Source: Spirochaetaceae bacterium (GTDB lineage Bacteria; Spirochaetota; Spirochaetia; DSM-2461). From it: 64,000 bases of DNA. Below, piece after piece: positions 20,890-30,765 of the stretch. How positions within the stretch are numbered: position 1 is the stretch's first letter; every line of letters begins with the position of its first letter. The stretch lies in assembly GCA_965224705.1 (NCBI GenBank), contig OZ245056.1:2720001-2784000 (forward strand). The letters run 5' to 3'. A model generated the notes under the pieces. That model made no database searches, was not told the DNA's origin, and saw only the letters and a program-made list of their open reading frames with translations. The position numbers and the translations under genes were made by a program.

Positions 20890-21584
20890 CCCCCCTTCAA
20901 TGATTGATTCTTGAGGAGTATTATGCGATTTCTGGAAAGATCTGTCCAACGGCTTCCAGGGTAGGCGGATATGATTTCATTGTACTTTTCCAGGGCACTA
21001 TCCACTTCATTGACACTTTCCGCAATCCGACCGAGATTAAAATAAACCTCAGGAATCAGTGGGCTGGTTTCTGCATACAATTCAATGATTTTGTAAAAAG
21101 TCTGCTCAGCATCCTCAATATTGCCTGCCTGTTCTTTTGCAGAAGCAGAATTAAAAAGACTGACAGGTGCCAGATAACTTTTTGGCCATCTCCTGGCAAG
21201 TTCATCAAAATCTTTGACTGCTCCCGCCCAGTTTTCTTCTTCATAGGCCATTTTGCTGCGTATAAACAATGCTTTCTGAGCTGCAAAATGCCGCGGATAC
21301 TCATCGAGAGCCCTATCGATCAAGGTATTTATTGAATCATTCTCTCTATCCTCAGCTTCCTCAAGGATCCAGTCATCATACAATTCCTGGATTTCTTCCG
21401 ATAATTCTGCTGAAGCGTTGCGCCTTTTTTCCTGAATGAAGCTTAAAATCATTATGCCAACCATAACAAGAATCATGCCTGCAATCACAATCGTAAAAAG
21501 CTTCCAATTTCTTGTGATTCCAGAATTAATACGTTCGCGCAGGGTGAGATCATTCCCTGCTTTTTGCTTTTTTTCATTTATCAT
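20886..21584 (-). CDS. Membrane-anchored TPR protein (YfgM-like)
   Basis: Single N-terminal TM and TPRs ending YPGSRWTDLSRNRII. Confidence 0.75.
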   Translation of the reverse strand: MINEKKQKAGNDLTLRERINSGITRNWKLFTIVIAGMILVMVGIMILSFIQEKRRNASAELSEEIQELYDDWILEEAEDRENDSINTLIDRALDEYPRHFAAQKALFIRSKMAYEEENWAGAVKDFDELARRWPKSYLAPVSLFNSASAKEQAGNIEDAEQTFYKIIELYAETSPLIPEVYFNLGRIAESVNEVDSALEKYNEIISAYPGSRWTDLSRNRIILLKNQSLKGG

Positions 21585-22551
21585 TCCGTTTCTCCTCTGT
21601 GATTGATAATTCTTTCAGCATACGGGATAGATATGTCCTCTGTATTCCCAATGCCCTGGCTGTCCGTGTTCGATTGCCCCCATGCAGTTTCAACGATTCT
21701 CTTATTAGATTTTTCTTAAAGACTGTTACGGAATCCTTAAAAACTCTACCAGAATAATCGACAACATTTTTTTCTTCAATTATCAAATCATCAGGAGTAA
21801 TAATGGATTTCCCCTGACTTGAAATAACTGTTCGCTCAATAACATTCTGCAGTTCTCTAACATTTCCCGGCCAGCTATAGGTTAGCAAAAGTCCCAATGC
21901 TTCAATAGAGAATTCTGATGGTATATCTGGATTTTTTTCATGCTGCAGTTTCAGGAAATGCTGCAGAAAAACCTCAATATCCTCAGGCCGGTCTCTCAGG
22001 GGGGGAATCTCCAACACAAACACGGCCAGCCTGTAATACAGATCCTTGCGAAATCTGGATTTCCTCATAACGTTCTTTAAATCAACATTGGTTGCGGCTA
22101 TAATTCTCACATCAACTTTCGTTTGAAAACTCTCCCCAACTTTTTGAAGGAAGCCATCCTGGAGCACTCTGAGAAGCTTCGCCTGTACCGGGAGGCTGAG
22201 TTCTGCGATTTCATCGAGAAGAATACTGCCGCCATCGGCCTGTTCAAAGAAACCAGTTCTATCCTTGATTGAATCGGTATAGGCACCCTGAATAGAACCA
22301 AACAATTCGGACTCAATAAGATCACTGGGAAAGGCTGCACAGTTTACTCGAATAAAAGGCCCTGTTGGCCGCCGTGAATGAAAATGAATGTACTCAGCAA
22401 GGAGTTCTTTCCCGGTACCACTCTCCCCAAGGATCAAAACAGGAGAATCTGAACGGGCAAATTTCTTCGATTCAATCAGGAGCTTGCCTGTGCCAGGAGA
22501 TTTCCATAAGAAATTGCTTTTCTCAAATGTCCCGGAAGCGGCATGATGCAT
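21574..22551 (-). CDS. Sigma54-interaction AAA+ / Fis-HTH transcriptional regulator lacking a sensory domain
   Basis: GESGTGKE, ESELFG, LLDEI, FRKDLYYRL, WPGNVRELQN and a C-terminal HTH. The GAFTGA loop reads GAYTDS. Confidence 0.9.
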   Translation of the reverse strand: MHHAASGTFEKSNFLWKSPGTGKLLIESKKFARSDSPVLILGESGTGKELLAEYIHFHSRRPTGPFIRVNCAAFPSDLIESELFGSIQGAYTDSIKDRTGFFEQADGGSILLDEIAELSLPVQAKLLRVLQDGFLQKVGESFQTKVDVRIIAATNVDLKNVMRKSRFRKDLYYRLAVFVLEIPPLRDRPEDIEVFLQHFLKLQHEKNPDIPSEFSIEALGLLLTYSWPGNVRELQNVIERTVISSQGKSIITPDDLIIEEKNVVDYSGRVFKDSVTVFKKNLIRESLKLHGGNRTRTARALGIQRTYLSRMLKELSITEEKRNDK

Positions 22552-22568
22552 ACAGACAGCGGCCCCGG

Positions 22569-24266
22569 TTATTCACTCTTATCCTCAAGCATGTCTGCCA
22601 ATGTGTAAGAATCCTTGGAATCATCATTACCATCCATATATTTGGATATTTCAGCCTGTTCCTGCTTGAACTGAGCTTCCTTCATCGATAGAGAAAGCTT
22701 CTGTCTGGCCGGGTTTATTTCGATGATGGCAACTTCTACGACATCACCAATATGTATGGCGGCCAGTTTCTCATCTGAATTCGACTCCCTGGAAACAGGA
22801 AGGTTGTTTTTGTGGAGAAGGCCTTCAATATCTTCGTCCGTCTTCACAAAGGCACCAAACTCTGTCTTGCTTATGATTTCTCCCTTGATAATGGTTCCCA
22901 CAGGATACTTCTTCTGGAAACCAATCCAGGGATCATCACTCAACTGCTTGATCCCCAACCGTATTCGTCGATCTTGAGGGCTGACACTTATAACCACAGC
23001 CTCTATCTCTTCATTTTCAGTTAATACGCTTCCCACATTCCGGATCTTCCTTGTCCAGGATAGATCATCGGAGTGAAGGAATGCCTCTATGCCATCCTCC
23101 AGCTGGACAAAGGCTCCGGCATTGGTTATTTTCTTCACCAGCCATTTTCCCTTTGTACCAACAGGGTATTTCTTGTCAATTTCATCCCAGGGGTTGGGAA
23201 GAACCTGTTTGATTCCCAGCGAAATGCGTCCGTTTGGAACATCATAGCCAAGTATCATGGTCTCACACTCATCACCAATACTGAATATTTCATTGGGATG
23301 CTTAACACGTTTAATCCATGAGAATTCAGAGATGTGAGCCAGACCTTCAATTCCTTCCTCAAACTCAATGAAGGCGCCAAAATTTGTCATTTTTGTTACT
23401 CGCCCCTTCACAATCTGGTTCAAATGATACTTTTCTTCAAAAGTCGACCAGGGATCTGGCTGAAAATGCTTCAATGAAAGATTTATTTTCTTGTTCTCAT
23501 GATCAAGCCGTATTACTTTGAGTTTAATTTTTTCACCTTTCTTCACATAATCTCTAGGCCGGTTGACATGCCCCCAGTTCATATCATTCATATGGAGCAG
23601 TCCATCAAATCCCCCGAGGTCAATAAAGGCTCCGAAGGAGGTAAAGCTCTTGATAACGCCTTCCACTTCGTCACCAACATTGACTTGTTCAAAGAAGGCT
23701 TCCAGATTTTTTTCCGTTTCTCTTTCAAGCCAGAGACGCCGCGTGAGAACTATATTGACCTTACTCTCACTGAACAGACGGTCAATTATAAACGGTGATT
23801 CGAGTCCGATATAATCCTCAGGAGTTCCGATCCGCTGAATATCCATCTTGCTTATTGGGCAAAAAGCCTTCATATCATGTCCAAGGGATATCTCATAACC
23901 ACCCTTCACTGATCGGATGACTTTCCCGTTGACAGGCTCCTGGTTTTCAAAAGCTGCTTTGAGATTTTTCCAGAAAACCCTCATCTCTGCTTTTTTCTTT
24001 GATATGAGAATTTCACCACTTGAAGTTTCCCGCTGCAGGAGAACAACCTGAACAGAATCCCCATTAGTCGGGAGTTCGACAAATTCATCAATTGGAATTC
24101 TACCATCCGATTTCAGTCCGACATCCAGGTAGACAAACTCATTATCGATGTGAATTACAGTTCCCTCTATGAGTTCTCCTACTTTGACGTGTGAGAGGGA
24201 TTTCAGGAATTCTTCCTGAAGCTGGTCTTGACTGCTCTCCTGAGCGTTGGAATCCGAATCGGGCAT
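22569..24266 (-). CDS. rpsA: 30S ribosomal protein S1
   Basis: Six S1 domains (FGAFIDLGG.DGLLH, FGAFIEFEEGIEGLAH, etc.). Confidence 0.97.
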   Translation of the reverse strand: MPDSDSNAQESSQDQLQEEFLKSLSHVKVGELIEGTVIHIDNEFVYLDVGLKSDGRIPIDEFVELPTNGDSVQVVLLQRETSSGEILISKKKAEMRVFWKNLKAAFENQEPVNGKVIRSVKGGYEISLGHDMKAFCPISKMDIQRIGTPEDYIGLESPFIIDRLFSESKVNIVLTRRLWLERETEKNLEAFFEQVNVGDEVEGVIKSFTSFGAFIDLGGFDGLLHMNDMNWGHVNRPRDYVKKGEKIKLKVIRLDHENKKINLSLKHFQPDPWSTFEEKYHLNQIVKGRVTKMTNFGAFIEFEEGIEGLAHISEFSWIKRVKHPNEIFSIGDECETMILGYDVPNGRISLGIKQVLPNPWDEIDKKYPVGTKGKWLVKKITNAGAFVQLEDGIEAFLHSDDLSWTRKIRNVGSVLTENEEIEAVVISVSPQDRRIRLGIKQLSDDPWIGFQKKYPVGTIIKGEIISKTEFGAFVKTDEDIEGLLHKNNLPVSRESNSDEKLAAIHIGDVVEVAIIEINPARQKLSLSMKEAQFKQEQAEISKYMDGNDDSKDSYTLADMLEDKSE

Positions 24267-24285
24267 GACTTCTCCCCAAGTTTAT

Positions 24286-24930
24286 CTATTTATTGTAGAC
24301 AGGCTGAATTAATTTCATAACTCTAATATACACTTCATCAATGGTCAAGAAGGAAGTATCCACAACTACTGCATCTTTGGCGATACGCAGCGAACCCTCT
24401 TCCTTATGAGTATCGCGAGCATCACGATCCTGGATGGATTCTTTGATTTCTGACAGACTCATGGTGCTGCTTCCCTGCCTGAATCTTCGCATTGCTCTGA
24501 CATCAGGATTCGCCGTGAGGTAGATCTTTACTTCGGCCTGAGGGAAAACAACTGTGGTCATATCCCGGCCTTCGGCAACAAGGGACAATCCCTTTCCTAT
24601 TCGGCGCAGATGTCTGTTTACAGCATGCCGAATGGGGACTATTGAGGACAGAACCGAAGACCAGTGATCAACTTGATCACTGCGGAGTCGACTCTCAACT
24701 TCTCTGCCATCCAGGTATAAACTATTATCAACGATATCCAGCCGGGCATGACCGGCTGTTTCGATGAGTTTCTCCTGCGATGAATTCTGCAGCCCCAGAT
24801 CAAGTATTTTCAAGGCGACAGCCCGGTAGAAGGCCCCTGAATTTAGATTGAAGAAACCCATTTCCCCTGCAATTCGGTGAGCCAGAGAACTTTTTCCCAC
24901 CCCCGCAGGACCGTCAATGGCGATAACCAT
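24286..24930 (-). CDS. cmk: Cytidylate kinase
   Basis: IAIDGPAGVGKS, SGAFYRA, AEGRDMTTVVFP, RDARD; upstream of rpsA. Confidence 0.95.
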   Translation of the reverse strand: MVIAIDGPAGVGKSSLAHRIAGEMGFFNLNSGAFYRAVALKILDLGLQNSSQEKLIETAGHARLDIVDNSLYLDGREVESRLRSDQVDHWSSVLSSIVPIRHAVNRHLRRIGKGLSLVAEGRDMTTVVFPQAEVKIYLTANPDVRAMRRFRQGSSTMSLSEIKESIQDRDARDTHKEEGSLRIAKDAVVVDTSFLTIDEVYIRVMKLIQPVYNK

Positions 24931-25663
24931 GAGCACTCTCTTTACGTTCATTTACCGATAAGAAGGCGGCAATTTCCCCGGACTTCAAATGCCTGAAATG
25001 TCCTGAGGCTATACCCTTGATATGGACAGGGCCTATTCGCACACGATGAACTTTCTTTATACTGACGGAGGCGGAAAGAAATACTCGCCGCAATTCTCTG
25101 TTCTTTCCCTCTGCTAAAACAATACTGACCGTTCGCGGGCCAGTAATTCTGGCTCTTACAGCCCTGTATTTCATCCCATCCACAGTGATTCCTGACAGGA
25201 AGCTTGTTATGAGATCTTCTGGAATCTGATTTTTTGTGGTTACGACGTATTCTTTCTCAATATTACAGGATGGATGTGTGAGCGTTCGTGCAAATTTCCC
25301 ATCATTCGTGTAAAAGATCAATCCGCTTGTCATGTAGTCCAGGCGGCCCACATTAAAAATCCTCTCCTTTACAGCAACATCCAGGAGACTCTTTGTCAGG
25401 GAACGGCCATACGGATCTTCATCAGAGCACAGAAATCCAGATGGCTTGTGAAGCACAATGTAAACCTTCCTCTTCTCGTCCCGGACTGGATGATTATCCA
25501 GCCTGACCTCATCATCAGGATTCACTCTGGTACCAGGCCGCGTAACAATCTGGCGGTTAACCATGACCCGGCCATCGGCAATGAATTCTTCACATTTCCG
25601 GCGGGAGCCCAATCCTGACCGGGCCAATCTAACCTGCAGTCTTATACTCCCTTCTTCATGCAT
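24914..25663 (-). CDS. rluB: rRNA pseudouridine synthase, RluB/RsuA family
   Basis: S4 domain (SRRKCEEFI..GRV), VGRLD, EGKNRELRR; follows scpB. Start codon uncertain (25663 or 25669). Confidence 0.85.
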   Translation of the reverse strand: MHEEGSIRLQVRLARSGLGSRRKCEEFIADGRVMVNRQIVTRPGTRVNPDDEVRLDNHPVRDEKRKVYIVLHKPSGFLCSDEDPYGRSLTKSLLDVAVKERIFNVGRLDYMTSGLIFYTNDGKFARTLTHPSCNIEKEYVVTTKNQIPEDLITSFLSGITVDGMKYRAVRARITGPRTVSIVLAEGKNRELRRVFLSASVSIKKVHRVRIGPVHIKGIASGHFRHLKSGEIAAFLSVNERKESAHGYRH

Positions 25664-26201
25664 CTTCATTTTGAGCAAACCTCTCCAGTTCCTGTTCATC
25701 CAGTTTCGGCAGATCCGCTATGCTCTCCAATCGGAAAGCTTTCAGGAATTCCTTTGTTGTTCCATAAAGAGATGGACGGCCAGGTGTATCCTTACATCCA
25801 ACTTCCTTGATGAGCTTTTTATCTTTGAGAATTCGAATCATGCTGTCAGCATTGACTCCTCGTAGATTCTCTATTTCACTTCGTGTCAGGGGCTGAGAAT
25901 AGGCCACAATTGAAAGTGTTTCCAATGCCGCACGGGAAAGCCGGTCTGATCTCTGCTTACCATATCGAGTTTTGAGTCTGTCCTGAAGATGTACTTTGGG
26001 AGACAGTGCCCAGCCTCCCGTTGTTTTTGCTGGAGTTATGCCAAATTCATCCGATGAGTACCTTTTTTCAAGTATCGTCAGAGCTTTTTCAACTTCTTCG
26101 ACGGAGAGACCGGCTATTCGGGCCAGAGAAGATTCGCTGATGGGTTCGACTTCGAGTAGAAGAACTGCCTCAACAATCTGGGTATTGGCTTCCATATTCA
26201 T
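25656..26201 (-). CDS. scpB: SMC-Scp complex subunit ScpB
   Basis: LSRAALETLSIVAYSQP.TRSEIENLRGV, GRPSLYGTT.EFL. Confidence 0.95.
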   Translation of the reverse strand: MNMEANTQIVEAVLLLEVEPISESSLARIAGLSVEEVEKALTILEKRYSSDEFGITPAKTTGGWALSPKVHLQDRLKTRYGKQRSDRLSRAALETLSIVAYSQPLTRSEIENLRGVNADSMIRILKDKKLIKEVGCKDTPGRPSLYGTTKEFLKAFRLESIADLPKLDEQELERFAQNEDA

Positions 26202-26208
26202 TCTTCAT

Positions 26209-26946
26209 TCATACCATCTGCTTGATTCTTATATCACCGAAGAGACGATTCTGATAAACATCTATCAGGCCCCCCTTAACCAGTTCCAGAACGGCAAGAA
26301 ACGCACTCACCACCTCCAGAATCGAACCGGGATTCACTATCAGGTCATCAAACACAAACTCAATCCTATCTTCAAGAAACTCTTGAATCAATGTTATTTT
26401 TTCCTTTATTGAGAATTCTTCCCATAAACTGATGACTTTCTCACCTCCCAGACTCTTCATCACTTTACTGAAACTCTTCAGCAGTTCCCATGGACCAATT
26501 TGATTCCAGAGATCATTTTCGTCCGGGAAGGGAAGTATTGCCTGTGTGTTTTTTCTTTCCACTACCCACTCAGCCTGGTTTTCCTGTTCAGCCATCAAGT
26601 CGGTAAGCTTACGGATTTTTTCATACTCAATCAATTGATGAACCAGTTCCTGTCTGGGGTCTTCAAGCTCGTCTTCAAGATCAACATCAACAGGAAGAAG
26701 CATGCGGGATTTAATGTACAGCAATGTTGCTGCAATGAGATAAAACTCTGTAATATCTTCAAGGTTCACTGCCGTTGCATACTTTAGATAATCAAGATAC
26801 TGCTCTGTAATCTCAGCGATGGGGATGTCATATATGCTGACTTCATTTTTTCTGATGAGGAATAACAGTAAATCAAGAGGACCATCAAATTGAGAAAGCC
26901 GATATTGACGTTTGCCATCTGTCTGCTTATTCATTTCAGCTCTCAT
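26209..26946 (-). CDS. scpA: Kleisin ScpA
   Basis: FDGPLDLLLFLI, IKSRMLLP, FLAVLEL. Confidence 0.95.
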   Translation of the reverse strand: MRAEMNKQTDGKRQYRLSQFDGPLDLLLFLIRKNEVSIYDIPIAEITEQYLDYLKYATAVNLEDITEFYLIAATLLYIKSRMLLPVDVDLEDELEDPRQELVHQLIEYEKIRKLTDLMAEQENQAEWVVERKNTQAILPFPDENDLWNQIGPWELLKSFSKVMKSLGGEKVISLWEEFSIKEKITLIQEFLEDRIEFVFDDLIVNPGSILEVVSAFLAVLELVKGGLIDVYQNRLFGDIRIKQMV

Positions 26947-27446
26947 CCCGTATGATAAACTTCAACATACTGATCCAATAGTTTCAAAACTTTCTGAGAA
27001 TACAATATACCATCTATGGGATCCATAGCATCAGGATCAATATCCAGAAGCGGCTTGAGGACGAATAATCTTCTGCTCATTGCAGGATGAGGTACAATCA
27101 AGTCGCACTCCTGCTTTTCCTGAGATCTGATTACTTGATTTCCCCACAGCAGGATGTCAATATCGACAGTTCTTGGTCCCTTTGCAGGAATCTGTTTTCT
27201 CTGACGGCCACATTTCGTTTCAATTTCACCTATGTGCTTCAGAAGCTGACAGGGATTCAGTTCTGTTTGTCCTCTGATCACATTATTCAAGAAGTTTCCC
27301 TGCTTCAAATAGTCCTGTGGTTCTGTTTCATACAGAGGTGATTGAACGATTTGATCAACAAATTCTTCCAGATATCTAACAGCCTTTCCAATGTGAGATG
27401 CCCGGTCGCCAATATTAGAGCCGAGACCAAGCCAGATTTTTGTCAC
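26943..27446 (-). CDS. folK: 2-amino-4-hydroxy-6-hydroxymethyldihydropteridine diphosphokinase
   Basis: [35 protein letters not shown]. Confidence 0.95.
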   Translation of the reverse strand: MTKIWLGLGSNIGDRASHIGKAVRYLEEFVDQIVQSPLYETEPQDYLKQGNFLNNVIRGQTELNPCQLLKHIGEIETKCGRQRKQIPAKGPRTVDIDILLWGNQVIRSQEKQECDLIVPHPAMSRRLFVLKPLLDIDPDAMDPIDGILYSQKVLKLLDQYVEVYHTG

Positions 27447-28540
27447 GAAGCACCGGGAAGCCCGGTATCAGTACTTCGTTGTCTCGTTCTCGCAGATTTT
27501 TCTGTTTCAGTCTCGGATGAGATGGCGGGAAACAGTTTTGCTCTCAGAGTCTTCTCAATTTCTGCTGCAATCTCTGGATTGTCCTGCAGGAACTGTTTTG
27601 CACTCTCCCTGCCCTGCCCTATCCGGTTCTCACCAATAGAGTACCAGCTCCCGCTTTTATTAATGAGTTCATGTGCGATACCGCCATCCAGTAAGCTTCC
27701 GGTTATTGAGATGCCTTTTCCAAACATGAGCTCCAATTCCACTCTGCGAAAAGGTGGTGCCACCTTGTTTTTGACCACTTTTACTCGAATTCTATTACCG
27801 ACAGCATTATCCTGCCCCCTGGAAATGGTTTCCGTCTTCCTCACTTCCAGACGGATGGACGCATAGAATTTAAGAGCGTTGCCTCCCGTTGTTGTTTCAG
27901 GGTTGCCAAACATGATCCCAATTTTCATCCGGATCTGATTGATAAATATCAGGCAACAGCCGGATTTACTGATAGTTGCCGTAAGTTTTCTCAATGCCTG
28001 ACTCATTAATCGTGCTTGAAGACCAACATGGGAGTCGCCCATCTCTCCAGAAATCTCTGCCTGTGGGGTCAATGCGGCGACTGAGTCAACAACGATGACG
28101 GCGACTCCTCCCGAACGCACCAGGCTTTCAGCAATTTCAAGTGCCTGTTCTCCGGTATCCGGCTGACTGACCCAGAGATTTTTTACGTCAACTCCAAGAT
28201 CTCCTGCATATACCGGATCCAGGGCATGTTCGGCGTCCACAAATGCAGCGATACCGCCTTTTTTCTGAGCTTCTGCGATGGCGTGCAGGGCCAGAGTTGT
28301 TTTGCCTGAGGATTCAGGCCCGAAAATCTCTATTATTCTTCCTTTTGGATAGCCGCCCACTCCCAGGGCATCATCCAGAAGTATGGAACCTGACGGGATT
28401 GTTTCAATCTTCATCTGCTGCTTATCGCCCATTTTCATGAGTGAGCCAATACCGAATTGCTTTTCTATTTGTTGACGGGCTGCTTCAACAGCCTTTTCCT
28501 TATTGCCTATTTCTTTTACTGTTTCTCTGCTTCTACTCAT
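27443..28540 (-). CDS. recA: Recombinase RecA
   Basis: [43 protein letters not shown]. Confidence 0.98.
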   Translation of the reverse strand: MSRSRETVKEIGNKEKAVEAARQQIEKQFGIGSLMKMGDKQQMKIETIPSGSILLDDALGVGGYPKGRIIEIFGPESSGKTTLALHAIAEAQKKGGIAAFVDAEHALDPVYAGDLGVDVKNLWVSQPDTGEQALEIAESLVRSGGVAVIVVDSVAALTPQAEISGEMGDSHVGLQARLMSQALRKLTATISKSGCCLIFINQIRMKIGIMFGNPETTTGGNALKFYASIRLEVRKTETISRGQDNAVGNRIRVKVVKNKVAPPFRRVELELMFGKGISITGSLLDGGIAHELINKSGSWYSIGENRIGQGRESAKQFLQDNPEIAAEIEKTLRAKLFPAISSETETEKSARTRQRSTDTGLPGAS

Positions 28541-28581
28541 AGCAAACCTCCTGAATAGTTATAACGACTTGCAATGGTCTT

Positions 28582-28628
28582 TATATTGAGATTCTGCTCA
28601 ATCTATACTTATAATCCTTGGGAATCAA
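28582..28628 (-). promoter_or_regulatory. Putative recA promoter with overlapping palindromic operator
   Basis: Minus strand TTGATT(28628-28623)-N17-TAGATT(28605-28600); palindrome ATTGAG-N6-CTCAAT at 28585-28602. Confidence 0.5.
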
Positions 28629-28631
28629 TGG

Positions 28632-29711
28632 TCAGCGCTGAAAATGAAGTGTTTTGGCGACAAGATGAAATCCTCCTTCATTGAGTTCAACCCGGGCCAG
28701 GAGTTCAAGAGGCAAAGGTTCCATCACGGCCAGAAACGGCACAACAACCGATACCCGTCCTTCAAGGATCTCTCCTTCATGATATCCTACAAGAAAATCA
28801 AAACTGATTTCATTTTCATTGAATTCGACATTGGCTGTAACCCCGGTCCATAGAATCCAGCAATCCTCGTAAAGTCGGGGATTGGCACTTACCTCTCGAT
28901 ACGTATAGTTTGTTTCAATCGTCTGAATAGTCGATTCAGCCAGAGATTCAAGGATGAGATTTATCTGCTGGCTGATACTCTCACTGATATTGGCATGCCG
29001 TATTTTGTTCAGTTCGAAACGGGCACTGTTATCTTCATAGTTTTTGAAATGCTTCAAAGACTTTTTCAATGCACGGGAAACTTCCCGGTCAGTCATGGAA
29101 TTCACAGCATCTGACTCTTCCTGTATGAGAATCCTGCTGTCTGGAGCAAAGATTTCAGTTCCAGGCCGCTGTTCCATCCTCATTATCTGAAGTTCAACCA
29201 GGTTCCACAGTGTGTTTCGATAATAAAAAGATGATGAGAGAATGACTGAGAAAGCGAGTATGAAAACGATCCTTTTCGGCCATCTGTTTTTCAAGTCAGG
29301 GAGATAATGCCTTCCATGTATTCTGTCAATAAACCGTTCCTGAGATTCCATGCTCTTGAGACCTTTGAGAGAATTAATTCCCCTGACGGCATATTTATTC
29401 CCCGGGTAGTCATCCAGAATTTCCAACCAGATTTTTAATGCTGCTGCAGGATCCTTTCTTTTAAGGTAATTGAATGCCAGGCATAATCTGATATTGAGAT
29501 TATACGGATCAATCTGCAATCCCCGGTTGAGATAAATCCATGCATCTTTTGTATTCCCATGTTCCAGGCAGGCTTTCCCAAGAATCGTATAGTAATCGGG
29601 ATCTTCCAGGTAAAGCGGTACTTTTGGTTCCAGAAATCGTATGACTTTCTCATGCTTGCCGGCTGCCTGCCAGTAACATGCCCGTTTGAGGTCTTTATTG
29701 TGGAGTTTCAT
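28632..29711 (-). CDS. TPR-containing membrane protein (hypothetical)
   Basis: N-terminal TPRs, central TM (IVFILAFSVILSSSF), C-terminal beta domain (DFLVGY). Start uncertain (29711 or 29738). Confidence 0.7.
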   Translation of the reverse strand: MKLHNKDLKRACYWQAAGKHEKVIRFLEPKVPLYLEDPDYYTILGKACLEHGNTKDAWIYLNRGLQIDPYNLNIRLCLAFNYLKRKDPAAALKIWLEILDDYPGNKYAVRGINSLKGLKSMESQERFIDRIHGRHYLPDLKNRWPKRIVFILAFSVILSSSFYYRNTLWNLVELQIMRMEQRPGTEIFAPDSRILIQEESDAVNSMTDREVSRALKKSLKHFKNYEDNSARFELNKIRHANISESISQQINLILESLAESTIQTIETNYTYREVSANPRLYEDCWILWTGVTANVEFNENEISFDFLVGYHEGEILEGRVSVVVPFLAVMEPLPLELLARVELNEGGFHLVAKTLHFQR

Positions 29712-30765
29712 ACTCCCTTCGAAGCTGCTCCTGTTCATGGACCCTGGATTCGATCTCTGAAACCGACTCCTCGGTCAATTCCGACTGATTCTGTACCAGA
29801 ACATCGATTTCTTCCAGCAATGCGTCAATGAGCTGCCGCCGTTCATACAGGTCGTTCTTTTTCAGCTGCAATTCCTGTGCGTCTGTATTTGACTGTGCGT
29901 CCGGGATTACATCCGGCTGCAATTCCTGTGCGTCCGGGATTATATCTGATACAGGGATTTCGTGTTTAATCCCTGTTTTTCCAATGCTAAAGAAGAATTC
30001 GAACTCAACATTTCCTCCAGCCGGGACATTGACTGGTTTGTATTCAGTCAGTATGGCACTGTCGATCTCTCCTTTGTAGTGAATGTTATCAAAATTCCGT
30101 GTATTGATAACCCTGTGATTGAAGCCCTGAGAATTCAATCTATAGTAATTTGCCAATACAATCCTCTTCGGCGTCACCGGTAGATCCAGGTTAAATCCGA
30201 TAAACAGAGATATGCCATTGGCTCCATCAGACATAGATATCCACTCAGGGACATTCTGATCAAGGAATTCTGTTTCTGTTGTTACCGGAATTTCATCTGG
30301 TGCACGAAACGGAACATTGCTTTTTTCCCCGATATAGGTATCAAGAAGTAGAGAGGAACGCAGATTAACACTGGATTTTGAATTATTGGTGAATATCATC
30401 TTAACACTTCCATTCTGCCTGTCATCCTGAAACACCAATACCTGTTTCATCTCGAACTCGGGTTCATTGTATGAGAGAAAATACTCATTCTCATCATTCT
30501 TCATTATTTTGTTCCAGCTGCTATTTTTGAATTTAACAATTCTCCCATCAATACTGATTAACCATTTAGATGTTGAATCCTGACTCTGGTTATCCCATAA
30601 CAGGATTTCCTCTCCATTTTTTTCGGCGTAGACATTGAAAAAAGAAGCTTTGACAGTGTCGTCGAATAGTTTCAGCATCCTGCTGCCGTTCGCATCCTGG
30701 GCGAATAGAGGCGCTGCTGCAAGAAACATGCAAATACACAGATGCAGTATTCCTCTCTTATTCAT
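29695..30765 (-). CDS. Secreted hypothetical protein with C-terminal coiled coil
   Basis: Signal peptide (..AAAPLFA|Q), beta-rich core, PDAQELQ repeats, coiled-coil tail. Confidence 0.7.
   Translation of the reverse strand: MNKRGILHLCICMFLAAAPLFAQDANGSRMLKLFDDTVKASFFNVYAEKNGEEILLWDNQSQDSTSKWLISIDGRIVKFKNSSWNKIMKNDENEYFLSYNEPEFEMKQVLVFQDDRQNGSVKMIFTNNSKSSVNLRSSLLLDTYIGEKSNVPFRAPDEIPVTTETEFLDQNVPEWISMSDGANGISLFIGFNLDLPVTPKRIVLANYYRLNSQGFNHRVINTRNFDNIHYKGEIDSAILTEYKPVNVPAGGNVEFEFFFSIGKTGIKHEIPVSDIIPDAQELQPDVIPDAQSNTDAQELQLKKNDLYERRQLIDALLEEIDVLVQNQSELTEESVSEIESRVHEQEQLRREYETPQ
29865..29942. repeat. Mosaic intragenic duplication
   Basis: GCTGCAATTCCTGTGCGTC at 29865 and 29916; CTGTGCGTCCGGGATTA at 29893 and 29926. 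Confidence 0.8.
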
